From Trichoplax adhaerens (lineage: Eukaryota > Animalia > Placozoa), in contig NW_002060945.1 in the NCBI RefSeq assembly GCF_000150275.1, positions 197,872-261,871 on the forward strand: a DNA stretch of 64,000 nucleotides, read 5' to 3'. Shown piece after piece: positions 1 to 11,955 of the stretch. How positions within the stretch are numbered: position 1 is the stretch's first letter; every line of letters begins with the position of its first letter. The translations under genes were made by a program, and so were the position numbers. Under the pieces are notes generated by a model that worked only from the letters and a program-made list of their open reading frames with translations, made no database searches and was not told where the DNA came from.

Positions 1-206
1 CTATATCAAGCTATATTGTCAATTCATGGACTTAATTGATTAGCATTTAAAATTCGAAAATAATAGTAGTGTTGTAGAAAGTACCAGACATCATTACTAG
101 TAATAAATGTAGCAATTACAGGACTGCATGCAATTATTTACAACTGGTATTAGTATAAGAGCATACGTATAAGTTCTAATTGAATAATTTATTTTATCTG
201 CACTAG

Positions 207-1351
207 AGTGTCATTCCAGGTATTATGAAATGGAAAAGATTTTCTAGTCAGAGTCTACTGGCATTAAATTCTACGCCCACTATTTCAAGCGTTTGGGTGC
301 CACGATGGTAAAATAGTTATACCTCATGCCAGTATCGAAAAGTCATTGACTAAGTCACTCTTATCTTTTAAACTGCACATTAGGACTGATCCATTTGATG
401 ACGATCTATTACCTAAAGAAGGACCTCCATTATTAACTGAATTACCGGAAGATGATCGTATATATTTGGAGGATAAGTAAGCATGCATCTCACGTTAAAC
501 TGATTTCAGCACAATTCATAATTTATTCATATTTATCGTAGGAGACTAAGATACATATATACCTTTAGTAAATATTTTTACCCATGCAAGTCAATCTATA
601 ATTATTTGATTCAGGGAAGAGAGAGATACTGATATTCCATTGCTGACACCAGAGATGGTAAGAGCAGAATTTCCAATTCTTGAGGAAATTGAGAAAGATA
701 GAGAAGATTTCAGGTATACAAATGCTAAAGCTACAAATGCATATAAGGCAGAAAAATAATTTTATTTTGTGATATACGATAGAGTAAAGTTAGTATAAAA
801 TGGGTTTAGTTAATTATCAAATTAACAAATCAGCTTTCGAAAATTTGGGTTTATTTCAGTTTTTATGAATACTTATCATTAATTCAATATTTATTTTATG
901 CTGCTAAAAGCTGTAACGTCGAAATAAAATCACACATTACGCCAAATAAATAGTATCTCTTTTGAAATATGAATATATCGTTACTTAGCAAAAATTTAAA
1001 GCAATGAAGTGATCTTGATAACAATATCCATTGTACTGATTTATTTTGCGATAGTGTTCCACTGGAAAATAATAAATTACCGACTAGTAATATCCCAGTT
1101 GGTAAATATGGTCTAAAATCAAGGTTAGTTAATCCTTATTATGATGATGATAGCATATAATCGTAGATGAGTAGCAAAAGAGAATGATAGAGTATCTAAT
1201 GCCTCTTTGTCGTGTTCCATTTAGAGAAAAATGTAGTAGGCAACTAGAACACCTGATACTAGAAAATTCAAATATTTTAGGTGGAAAAGTGGAAAACAAA
1301 ATGGATACCTTCAATGCTCAATTAACTCACCCAGGAACAATATTAAAATAA
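207..1351 (+). CDS. CFAP221: 3' part of a CFAP221/PCDP1-like ciliary central-pair protein gene (exons 207-307, 384-476, 615-713, 1055-1123, 1225-1351); 5' part lies upstream, mostly outside the window
   Basis: Five GT-AG exons splice in phase to SVIPGIMKWKRFSSQSLLALNSTPTISSVWVPRWTDPFDDDLLPKEGPPLLTELPEDDRIYLEDKEERDTDIPLLTPEMVRAEFPILEE...GGKVENKMDTFNAQLTHPGTILK*. This matches my recollection of the vertebrate CFAP221 C-terminus (IMHWKSF, LPEEDR, LTPEMIKVEFP). Not in the ORF track. Confidence 0.75.
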
Positions 1352-4300
1352 TTAAATTTATATGTGGTTTATAAATCACTATTTTATAATTTGCACACAT
1401 TTTATATATCGGCAATTGATAGTGACAGGATCGATATCGATTCTTTACAGTATGGCTGAACATGCCTATTGTATCAATATTTTGCGTTACAAAATGTAAA
1501 AGTATTCTATAACAATAATACAAAAACCAGTACTGCAATACTAATGCACAGATTAATAGCCCTGAATTGGGTTCTTTCTGTGCTAACTTATAAAATAATT
1601 GAAGTAATTAACTCAATGTATAATACAACATCATATATAATCAGGATCGATAAGACTAGAATGTTCAGATATACCTTTCGATGCAGACTGTTTGAAAAGT
1701 TTTTACGCGCTTATAGCAAATAATTTTGTTAATATTATTCACTGTACAAATTCTTTTTCAATATAAATAAAACCCTTTTAACAGCAGTTACTCTTCTAGT
1801 TGTTCATGCATTGTCTTATGAGTAACAGGGAAGATTTTATTTGGTTTAGTGTCTAAGCGTAATTTACTATTACGTTACTAAAGTAGTCCAGCTGAAATCC
1901 ACGCGAATTTGTCTCTGGATATTATTGGTTTTTGGATATTACAAAAGGGATGAATTTAAGATCAGAAATGATATTAGATATAATCATTCAAAAATTCGAT
2001 TTCAAGACAGAAGATAATAAATACCGCGCTATCAATTAAAAAATAAAAATTACCATATGAAAAATTGTTGATTCTACTACACGTTCTACCTTGTATCATT
2101 ACTTATAAGAAATTTTCTTTACCGATTTATCGCTAACTATAAAGATCATTCCATTACTATCTATGAGTTCCTAATAATTATAATTCATTTTGGACAAATA
2201 GATTGATTAATCATGATCGAGTAATAACAAACTTCTGTTTGATTTTCGGTTGCTATCCTACTATTTAATATAGGCTTAAACATTACATAACAATGTCGCA
2301 AACTAGGAGTGTAGCATCTCAACGTAAATAGAACTAGAATGCAACAACTTTGTTTATAAATCTTTAGCTTTCGACATTAAAATATTGTTCTTTGATATAG
2401 GATATGTCAGTTATCTATCGTATCTTGTATAAATGAACTTCATTATTAAACATATGACGGAAAATAGTGCAATAATTAACAGTCGTCCTATCAATTATAT
2501 TTAGATTGAACAGTTGTTATGTGTATTTACTAAAATATTCATTTCGCTATAGTACAGCGCAGTAGTTACCAGATGATAGCAATTATTAAGGTGATGTGGT
2601 ACAGTACCGCGCATATATATGAGCTTAAATATCTAGTATACGTATGTGTTACTAACTGTACGGGTACGAACTGTAAGTGAATTGGTATATAAGATTGAGC
2701 TCGTAAAATATGAAGGTATCTTCTTTACAGGGATCTACTCGTATGTGTTAGATTGCGTTACTATATTGATTAAAGACTTACCAACAGTGATTTTAAAAAC
2801 AGGAATAAAGTATTTTAAAGTTAATTTATCTTGTGCTTAACTGATAAATGAAAAGAAATGTAAAATCGTACATTATTATATAGAGTGAATTTTTACACAA
2901 CCACACGCATTAACTGAATATACTCGTACTACAACCTAATTGCATCACAAATACAATATTAATTTAGTCGTATTAATTATTTCTCCTATCATCCATTAAT
3001 CATTTTATGGATTATGTGATCGTACAAAAAGAGTTACATAATAATTCCTTTTCTTAAAAGCTGGCGTATTGTCCTTTCATCATTGCAATAGAAATAACTG
3101 TCATTTAGTGAGGCGACTGATTGAAAAATTAAGCATGGCTGCTTTTACAAGAGTCATAAGTTATCTGGGTAATTATTGTCCAAAATTGTTAAGCCATGAT
3201 GTATTACTGATTGTCGAGATAATACGATTGTACTAGAATTAGGTCATATATTACCGCAATTCGGATAAAGCTAACTAGCTTATCATTATCGCTATAGATG
3301 AAATTTAATTTTTAATACCGTAAATAAATATTTATGATAACTTACTAGCCATTCCGATTTGGTACCATGTAAAATTATGTGCTATTACTGAAGCAAGTTT
3401 CTACTAGACTTTGCTTAAAGTCTTTGAACATTCTCAATTGAAATACTATAAGCCTCACAGCATGTGAATAGCTCTAAAGCTCTTTCCATTTAATAAACTA
3501 CCTCAAGTCAAGATTGAATTCTTTATCAGCTTAAATAAGAACTAAATTAAAATCATAAAACATGACCAAGTAGGCGTATCTTGTGCTTGAGTTCATTGAT
3601 TCAGCCATTTATTACGCTAATAACCAAAGCCTAACAGCCATACTACTATTTATCTATATTTAACATACAACAATAACTTATCTGCTTTAATATTTAATTG
3701 AAAATAGTCGTTTCTCTACAAGTTCGAATTGTATCCTGTTATTTTTTAGCCTAGCAATATTATTCAGTAATGCCATAAACTAGATATCAGTAACAATGAC
3801 GCTAATAAAGCTATAAGCAATTTATTTATTCGTATACTACTAAATAGTTTAGCGTACATTTAAGTATGCCTTTTATCATATTAGATACTGATACAACATC
3901 ATTAAAAGTACTTACCATCTCCTAAATTCGCATTATTGCAAGCATTTTTCGTAAATAACTATTTACTACTATGATAGTAATAGCTTCCTCTTAATATTAT
4001 TGTAGCTTTAGTTTCTATGTCTTGTAGGACTGAAATGAGACAATCTACAGTACAGTAATTAACATTATCCATAATCATAATAATTCGATTGTACGCTAGA
4101 TTAAGTTTATATGTTAAAGTATACGCATATGTTTATATTTATTTTCGTGAAAGTTCATATCAACTTTAGAAAGAATTATATTGTTGTTTGCAATATTAGT
4201 TGCTATGTGTATTAATATTCAAATCAAAGAATTATCTTTTCGTGTAACAATTTTAAATTCCGTAATATATCTAATTTATGAAATAGTGTATAAACTTTTG

Positions 4301-5650
4301 AATTCTTATATTTTGTATTGATTGTGTGTGGTATTTAGTAATTAACGAGTGCTACTAAATGCGTACATAAAGAATTCGAATCTGTGTAATAAGAACTGCC
4401 TTTTCGAAATCTAGTATCTTCTCTACTCAGGCTATAATTAAGAGTTATCAATGAAATCCGTTCGCTATTTATGGTCATAATATGATTGTAGTTATTGTTT
4501 ATTTTCTTGAAATCTTCTTGGCATTAAACTATTCAAACACTTATGGCATAAATCGTTATTTACCATAGATAGGCAAAATGTGGCAACCTTTATTGCTCAC
4601 ACAATCTTCAAAGTAATGATTACTAATACGATTATTAGCCTTTCCAACTTTTTGAATCTATACTTTTTGTGTATCAAGATTTTCGCTTGTAGTCAAGACG
4701 TTGCAACTATTGCCACCTATAAAGTTATTTAAATCAATGACTACCGTACTTGTGCTATTAAAATTTTTTAACCTATTAAAACCATTTTATAGTTTATTGT
4801 TATTTACTTTACATGGATATACATCACATTTAGTCAACATGCAATCACTTAAAATTCAAATTTATTTTAACATTAAAACAATCTGCACCAAGTACTCCTT
4901 GCCATAGATTAATTATATAACGGCAATAAAGGTAGTCCAAGCAATATATTAGGTTATTCGTATCCATTTGACATCCAAATAGTGTTGTAGCTTATGAATC
5001 TTTGCTACCTACAGACAAGGGTGATTAATTTTATTGCTTGTATAATTTATTCAAACCTATTCAACATTAAAAAAATATTCATACTCTATTATTATTCGCA
5101 AAACGTATCCAAACGTGATCATTTTTGTTTCTCAGAAAGCTAAGCAAAGCGTTATATTAGTGAAAGTAAACTTTTCTAGTCTTTGATATCGAAATTCCTT
5201 TGTAGATCATCCTTCTAAATATTAAATAAAGTCAAGAGGTGACTTTTCTCGCTCAGGAAGTCATTTGAAGTTGTGATCAGTTATGTGATAATAGTTTACT
5301 AATCACCAACATCATAGTATCGTTTTAGTTTAGCACAGTTTGTTAGCTACAATCAGAGTATAACTGTTCCATTCCTCGTAGAATTATTCAAAGTAATAGC
5401 TACACAATTGATTGAATCTATTTCAACCTTTCTGGTATTAAAACAATTTGGCTACCGTAATCATTTTGTGGTTGCTATAATAGCTACAATCTAACCATAT
5501 CACGGTTTTTTGTCTATCCGTAAAAGTGAAAAAATACGATTATCTTCGGTATTAATAAATGAACACATACAACATTTTAATATGAATTTTACTGTGTCAG
5601 TTCGATAATAACTGAGTCAAATTAAAATATTAATTCTGTTATAGATATAG

Positions 5651-6841
5651 CTATGCTGTGGCAGTTATACTCCGTAATGATATGTTGTAATTGGATTTTA
5701 AGTTTTGCCTTGATGTAGCTAAAGATGGATTAGTTATAGAGTGATGACTAAATCGGGTGCAACCGCAAGCTACCAGTAGATAATCCAGGCTGTGATTTGT
5801 TATACAGATAATGAGTAAGGAATTAATTAAAGGATATGCAACAACAGATGTAGTAGCTATATTAAGAAAAATGATATTGTCAGCCGGCCTTAGAATCGAT
5901 GGCCACAATTCGTACATAGCTAAAGGCAAAACGCACAAGATACCTACAATAACGAATAGAAAGGCGAAAGTTATAGTATTTTTACGATACCGGGCTAAAT
6001 TTTGTATAATGCGTGGTTTTAATCCTTTTCGTCGTCCAGTAAAAATAATCCATAACCGATAACCAAGGATGACATAAATGACCAAAGTAATAGCGAACGG
6101 GAGGCAATAAGATAGAGTAATTGAAACTATAGTTAGATATTTAGCCACGTAATATTCTAATGGCAGGGTAAATTGAAGGCAATTGCACAAAGTTACTTGG
6201 ACATGAGTTTCAATAGCGTTTGTTGCAACAGTTGATAAGTATATCGTTGGTATTATATCGTCGTCAGTAGTAATGTTAGTAGTAGTATTATAATAACTTC
6301 CGTTATGAGAATAGTACGGACTGTTTGTTGAAAAATTAGTAGGATTACTTAGTGAAGATGTATATACTAAAGTCGTCGCCGGGCGTTTTTGGGAGCGATA
6401 CCCAACAATATAACCGTAAAGTCGCACTATCATTATGAACAGAGCTACGATCCAAATGATCATCATCCTGCGTTTTGTATGTAACTTTGTTGCTCGTCGT
6501 CGCCACAGTGGACTTAGCATGCGAATAAAACGATAGTGGGCAATAGCAACATTTGTCCAAGCTATTACAGTGATCGCATACCAAGTTAAAAAGTGGCTTA
6601 CCTTACATAAAATGATATGAACCAAAGGCATTGTACTTACAGATAGAATACCAGATGTACTCATGATGATATAAATCATACTTAGCGTAAGAAGAATATC
6701 GGTAACAGCAACATTAGTCAAGACATAATTGAATCCATTTTGCAAATTGCGTACACGAAACATCATCAAAATGACCAAAGTATTTACAATCATTGATAAA
6801 AATAATAGAATTGCCATGATGATGAAGAATGCAAGATCCAT
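5651..6841 (-). CDS. Orphan rhodopsin-like (class A) GPCR, single coding exon, with divergent signature motifs and a long Ser/Thr/Asn-rich ECL2
   Basis: Seven hydrophobic segments. Motifs: TM1 VN, TM2 NVAVTD, TM3 Cys (ILCK) and AHYRF at the DRY position, TM4 W, ECL2 LCNC, TM5 YCLP, TM6 LCVLP, TM7 INSLLI. The first ATG is at 6841 (MDLAFF). The ORF-track start at 6886 is a TTG just after a possible acceptor near 6890. Confidence 0.9.
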   Translation of the reverse strand: MDLAFFIIMAILLFLSMIVNTLVILMMFRVRNLQNGFNYVLTNVAVTDILLTLSMIYIIMSTSGILSVSTMPLVHIILCKVSHFLTWYAITVIAWTNVAIAHYRFIRMLSPLWRRRATKLHTKRRMMIIWIVALFIMIVRLYGYIVGYRSQKRPATTLVYTSSLSNPTNFSTNSPYYSHNGSYYNTTTNITTDDDIIPTIYLSTVATNAIETHVQVTLCNCLQFTLPLEYYVAKYLTIVSITLSYCLPFAITLVIYVILGYRLWIIFTGRRKGLKPRIIQNLARYRKNTITFAFLFVIVGILCVLPLAMYELWPSILRPADNIIFLNIATTSVVAYPLINSLLIICITNHSLDYLLVACGCTRFSHHSITNPSLATSRQNLKSNYNISLRSITATA

Positions 6842-9080
6842 CTTGCTTTCTTTTTCTTTCTTGCAATCTCTCTCTCCCTCTTTCAACCTCTATAGTATAC
6901 AGTACGTACTTTATTATCAGCACTAAATTCTTTTCGGTTGAAATGGTCCGAAAAAAATGCCGCTGAGCTAGAAAATTAAGTACACCAAATTTAGAGTAAT
7001 ATGATCACGCAATAACGAAAATAATGATCCAATTTATCATTATACGAGTACATATAATGTCCGAGAAAGGATAGATAGGCATAAGTAGAAATAAGCTTTC
7101 GAGATAAAAGTAAATACAATCAAGCAGCTAGTTTCTACTTTAGTTTAAAATCAACGAGCGGAAAATTCTTTTGATTTGCGCCAATTAATAGATATACAAT
7201 AAAAATTTTAATTCCATCTGGTTAGTTATTAGTAGATCTTGTAACATCCAATCAAAGATATCATATGCAGATTCGGAATAGCCAACATCATCAATAAAAC
7301 AATGCTATTTATAAATTTGACTTTTCCTAGATTATCAAGGTGTAACCCTTTTACTCTGTAACGCGGTATTGTCTTGCTTTGAACGTATCCGTTAATTTTA
7401 GCTAAAGCGAACTTTTGACCGTGCTTTCTTATTAAGGTAATAATTGACCGCTTTTAAAAAATTGTTTTTTATTTATTCTTCGCGTTTAATAATTTTGCTT
7501 TTCTCAAGATCTACCAATTTCTATTCAAAGTGTATATCTTCTGCTATAGTGCAATATTGTGTCAATTCCGGTTTAGCATCGGTTTGAGCAGCTGTCTGGC
7601 TTGAAAGTATACCCTTATAAGAGCATCGAATATATCAATACTTTCGGTACTGATGATGTTAAATTTTTTATTATCATAAATATTGGATAACGGTTGATTT
7701 TCCGCAATCCTATATACTAAATGGCAACCGTTAAAGATAGAATTACATTGGACTATTCAAACTGCAACAGTAATACGGACAATTCTCGATATCTTAAAGT
7801 CATCAGTCTCAAAATAATCTTCTGTAGATTTCTTTTTAATTATAATTCTTATCTTACAAAAGTTTAATAATGTGATTTTATGATGTTGTTTTAAAGCGCT
7901 GTCAAAATTAAATTAAAAATTAAATTAAAAATCTTTAATTAATATTGAATTGAAATCTTGACATGTTGAACAAAAGCAATTATTTTTTTTTATCGGGAAC
8001 ACAATAACATCTAGGCAATTTTTTTAAACTTAAGCCATTGATTGAAAGGAGATTAAAGTTTGACGTCATTTCAGTCATTCTAAAGGATAATCCGATACCT
8101 AACTAATACTCTAATAAGATACATAAGAGGAAGAGTACGGAGAAGGAGAGAAATATTGATATCAATTTAGTAATGAAAAATGTAAAGAGTAATTGAGTCA
8201 AGTTATTAAAATGTAGAATTGTATAGTAGTTAATCTCAATAAAAGATAGAAGTAAGTACCATATGTATTAGTGATATAATAATCTGCTTGATGATCAAGC
8301 TTTTATTTTGCAAAATGAAGACATACTCATACACATGTTATAGGGTACCACAATAAAATCAATTTACGTATTAATTTGTAATTAATTGGATTTACATCTC
8401 CCTTGTTTCTCATGATTGGAGTATCTGTACGTGTTGCGTCATACACTTGCACAAAGTACACAGAACGGTAATGTGCAGGAAGCAGCATAATTTAGAAGTT
8501 GTTGATGCAATCATTTAGAGAGATTTAAAGATACACTAGATGGTAGAGATAAACTTTGTTATTTTTTCAACAATTTATGAATTCGAAGTACAGTTCATAT
8601 AAATAAATAATAATGAAAGGTTACAATGGTGAGTTGAAATTTTTCTCGAAATAGTTTTAACCGTATCTACTCATACTATTTTTACTAAAAAAGCTGATAA
8701 AATTATTACCGGTGTTTATCCGCTCCCCTACTACTAATGTATACGTACACTATAGTAGACTCAGAAGGTAACTTTGCAAATTTTGATAAATTAGTTGACT
8801 CTAGAGATTGAATTTATTATTCCATCTTGACTAAGTAAGCAAGTTTATTTATCATAATGCTCAAAGGCTGCACATTTTACCAGGAATCTATGAGTAGCAT
8901 TGTGATGGAAATACAGTATACATGGCATTATTGCTACTAATTTGAGATAAACGATTGTTATCGAGTAGGTCGATCGCGTGGGCACGCTGGAAGAATCTAC
9001 ACATATGCTAATCAGTACTATAAATGTCTTACAAAAGACATCGTAAATATTTAAGATCACTTTTATGGGATTAATTTAAA

Positions 9081-9097
9081 GTTAGGGTTAGGGTTAA
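9081..9097 (+). repeat. Short interstitial telomere-like tract
   Basis: gttagggttagggttaa, about 2.7 TTAGGG units. Confidence 0.5.
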
Positions 9098-10126
9098 GAT
9101 TTTAATTGTATTATAAGCTATATGAATCTGAAAATAGAAACGAATAGACTTTTAAATAAATAGCAGTATAGTTATTATGTTCGGTAGAAAAGCCAAACAA
9201 AGCCAACGTTCTTAATTTTAGAATAGTGTGCGTGTACAGTGCAATAGTGTAACTGTACAGTTGGGTATATGTTATATATATATATATAGTCTGTTGTAAA
9301 TACAGTTAAGGTTGGTTTTATTGTAATAAAGCTTAATTCAGGCTTTAAATCCAGTTAGACTGATTTATTATTGACCCTTAAGAAATGACTTTACTATACT
9401 GCTCTACGTTGAAACAGATATGTTTTATGAATATGAGAGTCCCACACAATTCAAACCAAGCAAGTTGTTCACCTTAGTACCCGAAGGAAAGGGGAAGAGT
9501 GGAGGAAACACAAAGCACATGTGGTAACCCTTTGGATGTGGAAAGGAAATATTATTTCGCTATCATTATGGCTATTCCTCTTATGTGTTAAATAATAAGA
9601 AAGATAGTAATTTGATAACTATCTGTAGTCGTTACAGCTAATAACAGTATTAATGAGCAGCGAAAGTTTTACAGTAATTTAAGTAAGCACGGTGCGACGT
9701 AGATTAGTCGGTTACGCTTAATAAAGTAGTTGTAGATGATAGCTGGTGTGATGAAACGGTATACTTGTACTATTCGTGTAGTGTCGCATTAACAATTTTA
9801 ATAGCTCAAACTTCGAGTTAGTCGATTGCGAATCTTCTAAGGGATCCAAAGCCTACTCATTACGCTATCCAAATAAGATTATTATGCTATTCGAGTGCGT
9901 ATTTCTGAATACCAGACAATCTCGTGTACCTTAGCTGTACCATGGGCTAGTAGATATATCGCGCATCTAGTAGTCCATGGCTGTACGTTGTCGCGAATAA
10001 ATTGTGTAGTACAGTCTATTCCAGCTGGATCTCTTTGCTGGGTCAGATTTGATTCTTGTCCACTCATACATTTACTAGTAAAACCTTTGAGGTAGATTGA
10101 TTACTCGAGGTATTAATATTAATAAT

Positions 10127-10555
10127 TATATCATTGTTATGAAAAGTAATTTCATTTATTAATATTACTAAAGATTATCGATAGACATGATATTTTATGT
10201 GCGTCTACAGTACAGTATATATATAATATATGTTATGTATGTAAGAATACAGTGACTTGTTGTACTGCACCTAACGTGTTAGCATAAGATAAGGTAATGA
10301 ATTACTAAGATAAGGGTATAATACGCCATTACAGCTATACTATTTAAATGCAGTAAATCCTAAATAAAAGGGACTTTTTCAGTAAGCTTACTAGTAGGAG
10401 TGTATCAAAGTTCCTCGTGTTAACGTTAACGACTAAGAGTGGAAACACAACGATATACACTATAGAGGGTATATCATTGTTATGAAAAGTAATTTCATTT
10501 ATTAACATTACTAAAGATTATCGATGGACATGATATTTTATGTGCGTCTACAGTA
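10127..10555. repeat. Direct duplication of an ~86 bp segment (10127-10212 and 10470-10555)
   Basis: tatatcattgttatgaaaagtaatttcatttattaa(t/c)attactaaagattatcgat(a/g)gacatgatattttatgtgcgtctacagta occurs twice with 2 differences, 343 bp apart. Confidence 0.9.
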
Positions 10556-11115
10556 TGTATAATATACAGTACTGTACAAGTGTACATGTGTGGTATGTGC
10601 AATGGTTTTGTACCATAAGTAATGAAGCATGTTGATGTATATGTACAATGTCTTAACATCTTTATCGAAGCTGCACTTTACGGTGATTCAAAATGAACTA
10701 CTTCATTATCGTGCGCATATTTTATATAACATGTTTTATGCAATATTCTTCATATGCACTTAGGCCGTCAGCGATTAGCGACGAGTTGTTGAGTAGTGAT
10801 CTGGAAATTGAAGTTTTTTCTATAGTTCGTAACCAAGATACTTACAATAAGGCGTATGCAGTTTGTGAATGTTCAGTTTCGGTATTTTTAGCTAGACAAT
10901 AATGGCTACACGAAATACGAGATAGCATCATTCCATCGAGATTACGGTCAAAGAAATTGTAGCCGATACGATGAAATATTTGAGTTGCTTGATTATACAA
11001 TACAAGTTTATTTCATCGAATCTCACGGATGATCTTTAACCTCCAAGCAAATATTACGGTACTGTACAGTACAGTCTATAACAGTCTTTTTGATACGTAT
11101 TGTACACTGTACACT

Positions 11116-11511
11116 GTGGCAAGTGCCGGCTCGGCCTAAGAATTTTCCCTTATACAGTACATACAGTATAGTGTACAGTACAATACACTGTACAGTACAG
11201 TACTATCGCACGGTGGCAAGTGCCGGTCCGGCCTAAGAATTTCCCTTTTACAGTACAGTACTGTACTGTACACATACTGTACAATCGTGCACTGTACAGT
11301 ACAGTGTACAGTACAATACACTGTACTGTAGCACGGTGGCGGGTAATGAAGAATGTGCCGGCCCGGCCTAAGAATTTTCCCTTTTACCTTGACGTAGTGT
11401 ACTGTACAGTATAGTACAGTACAGTATAGTACAGTGTACAGTAGACTGTACAAGTGTACGTACATACAGTACTGTACAGTGTAGCAAGGTGGGCGGTAAT
11501 GAAGAATGTGC
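11116..11511. repeat. Array of GC-rich ~36-50 bp repeats separated by TACAG/TACTG low-complexity spacers, upstream of ABCF2
   Basis: GTGCCGG(CT/TC/CC)CGGCCTAAGAATT(T)TCCCTT occurs in copies starting near 11116, 11213 and 11336. The leader GGTGG..GGTAATGAAGAATGTGC occurs at 11336 and 11488. Confidence 0.9.
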
Positions 11512-11955
11512 AACTCACACGTGGATAAACTTATTATATACGGTACTGTACAATTGTTCAGTACAGTACTCAGTATGAAGGATCAGTTATTTCATTCAGT
11601 CTGCTGTACAGTACTGTACAAACCCTAAAATTACATACTGTGTACTGTACGAGAATTTGTGGTCAGGGTCTGGAGGGAGTCTTCGTACTGCAGCATTAAT
11701 TAATTGGAGGAACCAATGGTCTAAAAAGTTAATGTGCTCTAGTGATTTCATCCTTTCTGCTCTACTTTATCTTAATAAGGAATTGAACCCTACCAACCAA
11801 GTATTAGTACTATCTCTTGACTGTCATTATTGACGATTATCTATCAAGATAGACCGTACAAGAAAATATTTTTCTCTCTTCTAACGTTATACTCGTACAA
11901 TTATTATTAGTCGGATAAAAATCACTCTTTCATCAGTAACTTAACGATAGCAACC

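Noticed and set aside
5811-6926. Short ORFs overlapping the GPCR, and similar ones overlapping the GT31 and coiled-coil genes
   Set aside because: Shadow frames of real coding sequence with no independent support.
8120-8165. Similarity to 63598-63632 (gagga..ggagaagga....atattgatatc)
   Set aside because: Too short and purine-biased to call a dispersed repeat without a genome-wide search.
9081-9097. CTAACCCTAAC-like telomerase RNA template on the minus strand
   Set aside because: The tract is longer than a template and no pseudoknot or CR4/5-like elements follow. It is best read as a short telomere-like repeat.
11116-11511. CRISPR-like repeat-spacer layout
   Set aside because: Eukaryotic context, only three cores, low-complexity related spacers of variable length, and no cas genes.
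11136-11513. 125-aa and 64-aa ORFs rich in Y/C/T/V, and similar ORFs at 12354-12668 and 22342-22804
   Set aside because: They are translations of TACAG/TACTG low-complexity DNA.
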